Virus record (IMG/VR): IMGVR_UViG_3300010232_000003
Reading direction: 5' to 3' (one strand)
Length of the DNA stretch: 57,088 nt
Source of the DNA: a virus
Both the position numbers and the translations under genes were made by a program. Positions 38,471-45,407 of this stretch are shown here, in pieces; position 1 is the first letter of the stretch, and every line of letters starts with the position of its first letter. The notes under the pieces were generated by a model. It was given only the letters and a program-made list of their open reading frames with translations, was not told the origin of the DNA and made no database searches.

Positions 38471-38595
38471 ACGGCGGCGAAGCAGTACGTCCGTGCTTGA
38501 AGCGCCGGGAATCGCGTCTTGGAACGGTATGTGAGTGCGTTCTTGCTCTGTTGTATCGGTATGTGAGACGGGAGGGTATTGGCTTCAATTGGATT

Positions 38596-38628
38596 GGTGT
38601 TGTTCTTATTATAGTAAGCAACACCGTT
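38596..38628 (+). promoter_or_regulatory. Dyad-flanked TATA element block 2, right copy
   Basis: GGTGTTGTTCTTATTATAGTAAGCAACACC, reverse complement of 34897-34929. Confidence 0.7.
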
Positions 38629-38694
38629 TTCCTGTCGTCGCTGTAAGACAGTAAGACTTGTTTTCATCTGTTAACACGTCGATTTTTATTCAAG

Positions 38695-38718
38695 CTGTCT
38701 TGCTCGGTAACAAGGCAG
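38695..38718 (+). promoter_or_regulatory. Conserved hairpin block 1, right copy
   Basis: Reverse complement of 34815-34838. Confidence 0.7.
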
Positions 38719-38906
38719 CGAGACAGTTTCGGAATAGTGTAAACAAAGGCTCTACGCGACTACCCTCGTTGGAAACAAGCGAAAGAGGTAAGTTTATCAC
38801 GGTTCGAGCCCTACCAATATCCGTGCAAGCGTTCAACCCGCTCGCGTCAGCACACGGCCGCGGACGCCACGATTCACGGCTCAAAATAGTACAGCAAATA
38901 AGCGAC

Positions 38907-39305
38907 ATGGAGAACGAATTCACGCATCGAGACATCGAGATAGACTTATCTCGACAGCAGGTCTCAAAGGCACTCAGGCAAGCCCGCGACGAAGGCTCGC
39001 TCGAGCTCGTGTACACCGATACCTACGACAAACCCGGCTCGCTGCGATGGTACCGATTAACCGAGACCGGCGAACAAGCCATCATCGACGGGATGGCGTC
39101 GTTCCACGAATCACTCGTCACAGCGATAATGCAAGACGTCACCGACGAGCTCGTGCCCGAGCACCACGCTCGCGAGATCGCGAAAGACCAATTCATCGAG
39201 TTATTCAGCGAGGAAACACTCCAGCTAGCCCGGACCAAGGGCGACGCGCAAGAACACGACTGGCGCCGCGCAGCTCGGCTATTCAAGGAACTAACAGACA
39301 TGTGA
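38907..39305 (+). CDS. Winged-helix transcription regulator (putative)
   Basis: Trimmed to ATG 38907. LSRQQVSKALRQARDEGSLELV..WYRLTETGEQAI. Confidence 0.55.
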   Translation: MENEFTHRDIEIDLSRQQVSKALRQARDEGSLELVYTDTYDKPGSLRWYRLTETGEQAIIDGMASFHESLVTAIMQDVTDELVPEHHAREIAKDQFIELFSEETLQLARTKGDAQEHDWRRAARLFKELTDM

Positions 39306-39409
39306 AACGGCGACGCGAACCAGCGCTCGGTCAAGCCAGGCTCACCGAGCACGAACAATCACGACTCCCACTCGGGAACCAATACACGGAGCGACGCGAG
39401 AAACCCGTG

Positions 39410-39583
39410 ATGTCCTGGCAGTGCGTGAAAGCCGCCGCGGTGCACTACGAGGTCCAGGATTGGACGTCGCGCGTAGATCCCGAGTTAACCTATCAAGAGA
39501 ACATCGAGCTAATGCGCAAACGCGGCTCCGGTCGATCGATGAAAGAGATGCCTATCAGAGTGATCGAGTCTCGTCCCAAATAA
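39410..39583 (+). CDS. Hypothetical small protein
   Basis: ATG 39410. The frame is also open from GTG 39302, which overlaps the upstream stop. Confidence 0.35.
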   Translation: MSWQCVKAAAVHYEVQDWTSRVDPELTYQENIELMRKRGSGRSMKEMPIRVIESRPK

Positions 39584-39971
39584 ACTCCGTGTACTCGATC
39601 GCGTCAAGCACGGCGCGTAGCTCCGCTTCGCCGCGGGTGACGGTACACGCGTCACCATCGAGATGCGCCGTGGGATGCTCGGTGGGCTCGGGTTCCCAGT
39701 GCGCGCTGAGCTCGACGCCGTCGTCAGCGATCCACCCCCTGACGTGTGTTTGCCACCACTCGACGCCGCGGTGTTCCTCGTAGACTACTCTCGCGAGGTT
39801 GACGTCTTCACCGCGATAGTTGTAACTGTACTCCCAGTTCGGCGCGAACGACTGTGCCCCGAGGGCGCGCGTCACGTCGCTCACAGTGGCGTCGGCGAGG
39901 AAGTACCTCCCGGAGGGCCGGGGTTTCGTAAAGAATCGCTTCCTGAACGCGCGGAGCGCGTCTAGCGACAT
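39555..39971 (-). CDS. Hypothetical protein
   Basis: 138-aa ORF. Confidence 0.55.
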   Translation of the reverse strand: MSLDALRAFRKRFFTKPRPSGRYFLADATVSDVTRALGAQSFAPNWEYSYNYRGEDVNLARVVYEEHRGVEWWQTHVRGWIADDGVELSAHWEPEPTEHPTAHLDGDACTVTRGEAELRAVLDAIEYTEFIWDETRSL

Positions 39972-40537
39972 CGTGGCACGCTCCGCGGTTGCATGGATAA
40001 ATCACCGTACGTGATGGTTTTTTCTCCAACGGGTTTATGCACGTCTTCGAACGTCTCCGTGATCTCACCGGTAGTAGGCTTCGTCGCTACGCGTGGCTCG
40101 GCGCTCTCACCGTGATTCGTGAACCATCCTGTGAGTTCGTGTGTCTCGGTCGAGTTCACTGTGTCGATCGCTCGCTCCGCGAACGCGTTCATCGCCCCCA
40201 TGACGTGGTCCTCGTCCATCTCGAGTAAATCCCTGTGAGGGACTCGGTAATTGAACTGTGCACGCGTCGCGACGTCGCGATCGCTGTAATCCATGGTCCA
40301 TCGCCACGTGGTATCCGTGACGTCGACGTCGAGGTAATCGCTCGTCGACTCCCACTCGACGAGTTCGGGTGACGCGGGCGGGTGGTCGTCTGGGACGTGT
40401 GGTATCGGGTCGTCTTTATCGCGTAGCGATTGGCAGTCGTCGCGCAGGTCGCGTAGCGTCTCTGGGTGGCACCAAGCGCTCCACTCGACGCCGAATGGCT
40501 CGTCTCTGAGTGTCTCCCAGATCTGTTGTTCGTTCAT
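39962..40537 (-). CDS. Hypothetical protein
   Basis: 191-aa acidic ORF. CTTTTTATC box upstream. Confidence 0.6.
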   Translation of the reverse strand: MNEQQIWETLRDEPFGVEWSAWCHPETLRDLRDDCQSLRDKDDPIPHVPDDHPPASPELVEWESTSDYLDVDVTDTTWRWTMDYSDRDVATRAQFNYRVPHRDLLEMDEDHVMGAMNAFAERAIDTVNSTETHELTGWFTNHGESAEPRVATKPTTGEITETFEDVHKPVGEKTITYGDLSMQPRSVPRCR

Positions 40538-40620
40538 GTGATGTCAGTACCTTTTTTGACGTGTAGAAGGTAGTGTTTGAAAGATAAAAAGCGTTGCTTT
40601 GCGCGCACGGTCTATAATAA

Positions 40621-40674
40621 AAAGAGAAAGACTTATTGTGATACCAGCCATTAGTCTAAATAGAGGTCCCACGG
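40621..40674 (+). promoter_or_regulatory. Class-A promoter/leader cassette (copy with a 5-nt deletion)
   Basis: AAAGAGAAAGACTTATTGTGATACCAGCCATTAGTCTAAATAGAGGTCCCACGG followed by ATG. Confidence 0.7.
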
Positions 40675-41127
40675 ATGGCACGATCACAGGCGGGACGCTA
40701 CACCAACATCGCACAGGACGAATTCGAGGAGTTCCTCGAGGACTTCGCTCAATTCGAGGAGGTCGACATGGACGATGTCAACGAGGTCGTTTACTCCATC
40801 GATCTCCCAGCGAACGACCTCGAGCTCCGAGTGTTCTCGACGCTCCAAAACGGGAGCGCTCGGGACCGCGGGGACGACGCGATCCGAAACGTCGTGTGGA
40901 GCCTCGAGGACGACCGCCCAGTTTCCGGGCGCAGAAAAACACTTAGGATCGAGTCGTGGCGGAGCAACCTCCGTCCCAAAATCCAAGACATGGCGCTCAA
41001 CTGGAGAGAAGCCATCAACCCGCGATGCGACGAGTGCGAAGCGTGGATGGCTCGTCGCGAATCCGAGCACGGCGAGTTCTGGGGGTGCTCGAACTACCCG
41101 AACTGTCGACACACCATCGACATCTAG
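40675..41127 (+). CDS. Protein with C-terminal topoisomerase-type C4 zinc finger
   Basis: CDECEAWMARRESEHGEFWGCSNYPNCRH. Confidence 0.6.
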   Translation: MARSQAGRYTNIAQDEFEEFLEDFAQFEEVDMDDVNEVVYSIDLPANDLELRVFSTLQNGSARDRGDDAIRNVVWSLEDDRPVSGRRKTLRIESWRSNLRPKIQDMALNWREAINPRCDECEAWMARRESEHGEFWGCSNYPNCRHTIDI

Positions 41128-42008
41128 TACGACAAATCGGGTTCCCTGCCACGGACTCGATCGCTCAAGATATGAATCTGGCCATTCCCAGTGTGATAAC
41201 TGTTATTCATCACGGTGACGTGTGAATACCCATAGGCCTCGACGAAGTCGTCTTGATCGGGCTCGTGGTTGTCGTGGGACAACCCGAGACAATGCCCGAT
41301 CTCGTGTAGCGTCGAGTTAATCGAGTACCCGAGCCCGCCGTAGTGCCGTTCACGGATACACGCGTCGTCTCTCCATGGCTCGTGGTCGACTGGACCATCG
41401 AGCTTGTGGAGGTTCACGACGCAGTAGTGCCCACCGCCCTCCCCGTACACCCCGGGAAGGTGACCGATGAGCGCGTTCGCGTGCTTCGCTCGGTTCTCCG
41501 ACGTTAATTGGTGCCAGTAGTACTCTTTGAACGCGACGAACCACGATCCGTGATGGTCACGAGAGTCTTTATCGATCGGTAACGGTTCGGGGTGGATGAC
41601 GCAGTCGACTTCGTAGCCCTCGCCCCAAGCTTCCTCGTAACAGTACTCGACGTAGGGCTTCGCCATCTTGCACGCCCACTCGCCGAGCGCGTCGCCGACG
41701 CGCCAATACAGTCGTACCTCGATGGTCTCGTCGCCAACGCCGCGATGCGGCGGGTCCACGCACGGGTTCGGTGGCCACGTGATGTCGAGCGACTCGTCGC
41801 TCGAGCGATTCACGTCCTCCGTCTCTTCTTCGTCGTCGTCGCTGGGTGGCGTGTGCTCCTCGACTGGAGGGTCTTCAGTCTCGTTAACGTCACTCTCAGT
41901 GTCACGCGTCTCTTCGACGTCCTGGTCACTACTAGTGTCGGTCTGGTCGCCGCTATCAGTGCGCCTGAACCGTTCGAGCAGCGCTCGTAGTAACTGGTAT
42001 AGGTTCAT
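41124..42008 (-). CDS. Metzincin-like zinc metalloprotease
   Basis: HEIGHCLGLSH fits HExxHxxGxxH. Trimmed to ATG 42008, which makes an ATGA overlap with the Ro60-like stop. Confidence 0.65.
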   Translation of the reverse strand: MNLYQLLRALLERFRRTDSGDQTDTSSDQDVEETRDTESDVNETEDPPVEEHTPPSDDDEEETEDVNRSSDESLDITWPPNPCVDPPHRGVGDETIEVRLYWRVGDALGEWACKMAKPYVEYCYEEAWGEGYEVDCVIHPEPLPIDKDSRDHHGSWFVAFKEYYWHQLTSENRAKHANALIGHLPGVYGEGGGHYCVVNLHKLDGPVDHEPWRDDACIRERHYGGLGYSINSTLHEIGHCLGLSHDNHEPDQDDFVEAYGYSHVTVMNNSYHTGNGQIHILSDRVRGREPDLSY

Positions 42009-43540
42009 GGCTCGTATGCTTGAATGTCGTCTAGTAAACTGTTCTCGGCGTGCCAGATATAATCCAACACGCCGTCGTTCCATCCCTGCAGTCTCGTGAC
42101 GCCCGGATAGTTCTCTGGGAACTTGATCTCGCCGTAACTCGCCAAGTCCACGATGTACAAGTACGGTTCCTCGGAGTGCATCTCGCGAAGCCTCTCCCAC
42201 GCACCACGGAACGCGTTCGGGTCGTTACCGTACCGCTGTCTCTCCCAGATCTGGAAATCAGTGAACACCACGACTCTATCAGGAACGACTTCCCCATCAG
42301 TAGACTCGTCCGCGATGAACTCGAGCGCCTTGTGAGCGAACGTGCTACTCCCGACATCCGTGGACACGATCGCTTCTTGCAACGAGAGCACACTGTTCTC
42401 GAGCGGGTCAACGGGGACACGAGTCGCTGTATCAGCGAACGCGATGACATCCGAGCGTCTCTGACCGAGCATCGCGCCGAACAACGCCGCGATCTCGACG
42501 CGACTGAGGTCACTCCGGTTCGACACCCGTTGTTGCATCGAGCCCGACAGGTCCACGAGCGTCGCTGTGTGTACGAGCTCGTCTGGCACGGTTTCACACG
42601 CGACGTTCACCGCGTTCTCGAGCCACTGGTGCGCGTAGCGATCCATCTCAACAGCGCCCTTGAGTGCTTTCCGCGCTTGGTAGAACCTGAACGGGTATAG
42701 TTGACTGTTCCGGATCCACTCGTCGCTCGCGTCCTCGAGGATTTCTTCACCAGTCAGCCCGGCTTCGAGCATGTTCCGTAAGTTCCGGACCCGAGCGAAT
42801 AACCCCATGTCGTCGAGTACGAGACGCCAGTCATTAGCCGTGACGTCGCCGTCTTGCCCAGCTGCACTGATGGTGTCTTCCCACGTACGTCTCTGGCTGA
42901 GAGACTGTACGTCTGGATACGCGTCCTTCCCTCCCTTGGTTATCCTATTCGCGATCTCAGACTGTTCCTCGACCGGTTCTGGACTGTCCTCGTACCCATA
43001 TGGGTGCACTTGGTTGAACACGTCGTGCATCGAGACCGCTCGGTGCCCTTGTCGGTACTTCGCGTACTGGTACGCGTCGAACGACGCGTCCTCGATCACG
43101 TCAGCGATGGCTCGTTTCAAGACCCATGGAACCGTCGCGGAGAAATCACCCGGACCGTCACCAGCAACGGTGTTGTTAAACGCGAGCGTCGTGCAGAGCT
43201 CGTCAGCTCGATCGATCACGTGGCTCGCGTATCGTCGAACGTAGTGCTTCGCGTCGTCGTGGCGCGCGCTGAGCACGAGTAATACTTGCGGGACGTCTCG
43301 AACGTATGCGTCTCGTCGCGCCCACGCAGCGAGTCGCAACGGGAACTCGGGATCCACGTTCGCAGCTGCTTGGAAGCGCTCGACGAGTTTCTCGAGCGAC
43401 TCCGAGTCGTCCTCGTAGTACGTGTCCTCGAGTAAGTTAGTAATCGTGACCATTCGAAGCGCTTCACGTGGGTCACTGATCTCGTGGCTATGGCCACCAG
43501 CGAGGTTCCGCGCTTCTGTTTTAGACGAGTTCAAGTCCAT
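42005..43540 (-). CDS. Ro60-like TROVE-domain protein with C-terminal vWA (MIDAS) domain
   Basis: Trimmed to ATG 43540. NLAGGHSHE, YQYAKYRQGHRAVSMHDVFNQVHP, LFARVRNLRNMLEAGL, QLYPFRFYQA, LVDLSGSM. Confidence 0.75.
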   Translation of the reverse strand: MDLNSSKTEARNLAGGHSHEISDPREALRMVTITNLLEDTYYEDDSESLEKLVERFQAAANVDPEFPLRLAAWARRDAYVRDVPQVLLVLSARHDDAKHYVRRYASHVIDRADELCTTLAFNNTVAGDGPGDFSATVPWVLKRAIADVIEDASFDAYQYAKYRQGHRAVSMHDVFNQVHPYGYEDSPEPVEEQSEIANRITKGGKDAYPDVQSLSQRRTWEDTISAAGQDGDVTANDWRLVLDDMGLFARVRNLRNMLEAGLTGEEILEDASDEWIRNSQLYPFRFYQARKALKGAVEMDRYAHQWLENAVNVACETVPDELVHTATLVDLSGSMQQRVSNRSDLSRVEIAALFGAMLGQRRSDVIAFADTATRVPVDPLENSVLSLQEAIVSTDVGSSTFAHKALEFIADESTDGEVVPDRVVVFTDFQIWERQRYGNDPNAFRGAWERLREMHSEEPYLYIVDLASYGEIKFPENYPGVTRLQGWNDGVLDYIWHAENSLLDDIQAYEP

Positions 43541-43542
43541 GG

Positions 43543-43794
43543 TTAGAACCTCTCGTCCTCCGCGGTGAACACGACGCCGTCCTCGACGACTTCGACTGTC
43601 CCAAGAACGTATTCTTCCTCGATGGTTTTCTCCGTCGTGACGATGAGCTCCGGGATGGTCTCGACGCCGAATCGATCCATCGCTTGACGCTCGATGGACG
43701 CTACGTCGTCCTCGCTGAGCTCGGATCTCGCGTCGCTCGGGACGTGTAATCGTGGCTCGTCGTCTTTCTTGACCTCGACGTTGAAATCGTTCAT
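43543..43794 (-). CDS. Small acidic hypothetical protein
   Basis: 83 aa. GAGGT lies 10 nt upstream. Stop is 2 nt before the Ro60-like start. Confidence 0.6.
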   Translation of the reverse strand: MNDFNVEVKKDDEPRLHVPSDARSELSEDDVASIERQAMDRFGVETIPELIVTTEKTIEEEYVLGTVEVVEDGVVFTAEDERF

Positions 43795-43869
43795 TGGTAT
43801 GTACCTCGGATGAGTGGGAACCGGGTGTTAGTGTCTTATGCCGTGTTAGACCACGTTGCCGTGCTGTGC

Positions 43870-43934
43870 ACGACAAGTCGCGATTCGAACGCGAGTCACT
43901 CGCGCTAGATGCGAAGTAACCGGTTCCCTTGCCG
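43870..43934 (-). ncRNA. 65-nt tRNA-like element U2 (acceptor stem, T-arm, 7-nt loop AUCUAGC, vestigial D region)
   Basis: CGGCAAG/CUUGUCG (one G-U). UCGCG-UUCGAAU-CGCGA. UUCGC-AUCUAGC-GCGAG. Confidence 0.35.
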
Positions 43935-44035
43935 AGTGCGCCGGAGCCCGTCGTGTGCCCGCGAGTCCTCCAGGTCCGCACGACGGCACGCGGTCACTGG
44001 ATGTGTCCCTTCCGGGACGGCGAGCTGTTTTCGCT

Positions 44036-44143
44036 CCGGCAAGTGAGAACGGAGGGACTCGAACCCTTCGTCGTTCCCATAAGCCCGGGTGAATCCGTGT
44101 CAGGGTGTTCGGGAGCTTTCGAAGTAACTGACACGGTTGCCGG
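44036..44143 (-). ncRNA. 108-nt branched tRNA-like element U1 containing an acceptor/T-arm minihelix
   Basis: Outer stem CCGGCAA/UUGCCGG. 9-bp hairpin CCGUGUCAG..CUGACACGG. Minihelix GGGAACG-ACG-AAGGG-UUCGAGU-CCCUC-CGUUCUC-A (44044-44078). Confidence 0.35.
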
Positions 44144-44147
44144 GCAG

Positions 44148-44222
44148 TTGCGAGGGATGGACTCGAACCATCGGTTTCACGGGCATGAGCCGTGCGGAGT
44201 AGCCTAGCTGTCCTACCTCGCA
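44148..44222 (-). tRNA. tRNA with anticodon CAU (Met, or Ile2 if modified)
   Basis: Hand-folded cloverleaf: acceptor UGCGAGG/CCUCGCA, U8, D-loop with GG, anticodon arm CACGG-CUCAUGC-CCGUG, T-arm GAUGG-UUCGAGU-CCAUC, discriminator A. Confidence 0.85.
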
Positions 44223-44249
44223 TCGAGTGTAAGTTAAACACGTAACGGT

Positions 44250-44258
44250 ATAAGTCTT
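44250..44258 (-). promoter_or_regulatory. Class-A TATA-like box driving the tRNA / ncRNA / Ro60 operon
   Basis: ATAAGTCTT on the plus strand. The tRNA 5' end lies about 27 nt downstream. Confidence 0.6.
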
Positions 44259-44264
44259 TCTCTG

Positions 44265-45407
44265 TCAGTTATCATAGAGGTCCTCGAACGACTCCGGTGG
44301 CTCGTCAGTTAAGCTCCGCGACTCGGGTGGTTCATCGTCCGATGGCGGCTCGATATCGAAGTCACTCAAAGACGGCCCATACTCTCCATAGTATTCCCGC
44401 ATCGCGGTTACGCGCTTCTCGAATTGACTGCGAAAGTATCGACCAGTATCGTTCACGTCCACGATACGAGCGTGGTCACCGTTCTTCGGTCGTAGCGCTC
44501 GCCCGATGACCTGGATTTGCTTGACGTCGCTTTTCCCTGCTTGCGCGAGAACGATAGCGCTAATGTTCGGGATATCGACGCCCTCCCTTAATAGCGTCGA
44601 GACGAGGATATCGAGGTCACCGTTTTGGAACTCGTCGAGTGTATCCTGACGGATCTTAGTGGTGTCAGCGCCGTGCATGAACTCGGCGTTCGTATCAGCG
44701 ACTCGACTCGTCGCTTGCAACGCGCTGATGAACTCGCGCCTCGATTGCGCGTCGTCGAAGTCAACGGCGTCAATAGGATCGACGTCTCGGTTCAGTGCGT
44801 ACTCGAGGAGACGCCCGTGCTTGATACGATCCACGTTAACCAACACTTGGTACCCCAGGTTGGCGAGCTCAGCGGTTTTCGCCGCGACCGCGCGGTTCCT
44901 CGTCGCGGTGAGACTGATACAGCGACGGTACGCGTCGTGATACGCTTCACCTGTATTAGCGGTGTCGACACGACCGTAGTCTCGAGGGTCGATGACGTCG
45001 AATCGCGGTTCTGAGAGATACCCGGCGTCGATCATTTCCTCGGCGGTAACGGAGTGCGCCTCGCCGCCAACCGCGCCCTCGATCTTGAGCTCCTCGCCCT
45101 CGATACGGCGCCACGGGGTAGCGCTGAGCCCGACACGCATCGCGACGTTTAAATCCATCCCGATGTCGTGCATTGTGTCCGCCGCTGATGTCCTGTGACA
45201 GTTTTTTGTCAAGATATTATCAACAAAGAAGTTGTGATTGTTTTTTACTTCGATGTCGTAGACACGTTCTCGTCCGACTTTTTTGACTGTACGGACTGTA
45301 GTTCGATTCGCATCGCCATCGCGTACAGCTCGGGCTGCGCCTTCTTCAACATTTGACTCGCTGTCCATGCTGCTTTCGTGTGAATTGTCGCGTGACATGA
45401 CGTACAT
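44265..45407 (-). CDS. C-terminal intein fragment fused to the C-terminal half of an SF2 helicase
   Basis: ..VKKVGRERVYDIEVKNNHNFFVDNILTKN then CHRTSA. GLSATP motif III. Helicase C-domain motifs. Confidence 0.8.
   Translation of the reverse strand: MYVMSRDNSHESSMDSESNVEEGAARAVRDGDANRTTVRTVKKVGRERVYDIEVKNNHNFFVDNILTKNCHRTSAADTMHDIGMDLNVAMRVGLSATPWRRIEGEELKIEGAVGGEAHSVTAEEMIDAGYLSEPRFDVIDPRDYGRVDTANTGEAYHDAYRRCISLTATRNRAVAAKTAELANLGYQVLVNVDRIKHGRLLEYALNRDVDPIDAVDFDDAQSRREFISALQATSRVADTNAEFMHGADTTKIRQDTLDEFQNGDLDILVSTLLREGVDIPNISAIVLAQAGKSDVKQIQVIGRALRPKNGDHARIVDVNDTGRYFRSQFEKRVTAMREYYGEYGPSLSDFDIEPPSDDEPPESRSLTDEPPESFEDLYDN

Noticed and set aside
37952-38500. Similar peptides in unrelated track ORFs: RLIVIPAISLN and FPFRLMAGITISL in 37768-38397, 37952-38500, 40599-40946, 56161-56814 and 56519-56926.
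   Set aside because: The similarity comes from translating the repeated promoter/leader cassette in either orientation. It is not a protein family.
34815-38718. The inverted-repeat-bounded cassette as a transposon or invertible segment.
   Set aside because: No transposase or invertase lies inside or next to it. The repeat blocks sit at equivalent promoter-proximal positions of outward-facing operons, so a regulatory role is more parsimonious. Orientation variants should still be checked in reads.
43904-43910. Genome-wide amber (TAG) recoding, suggested by the CUA loop.
   Set aside because: TAG terminates several well-delimited genes (stops at 18627, 10390 and 150-152). No pair of adjacent ORFs needs TAG read-through to become complete. 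Standard-code ORFs are full length.
43846-44241. The 131-aa minus-strand ORF and plus-strand ORFs across 43846-44241, and the 79-aa ORF at 4765-5004.
   Set aside because: They cover a canonical tRNA and tRNA-like structures. Composition is Arg/Pro/Ser-rich. The regions are better explained as non-coding RNA.
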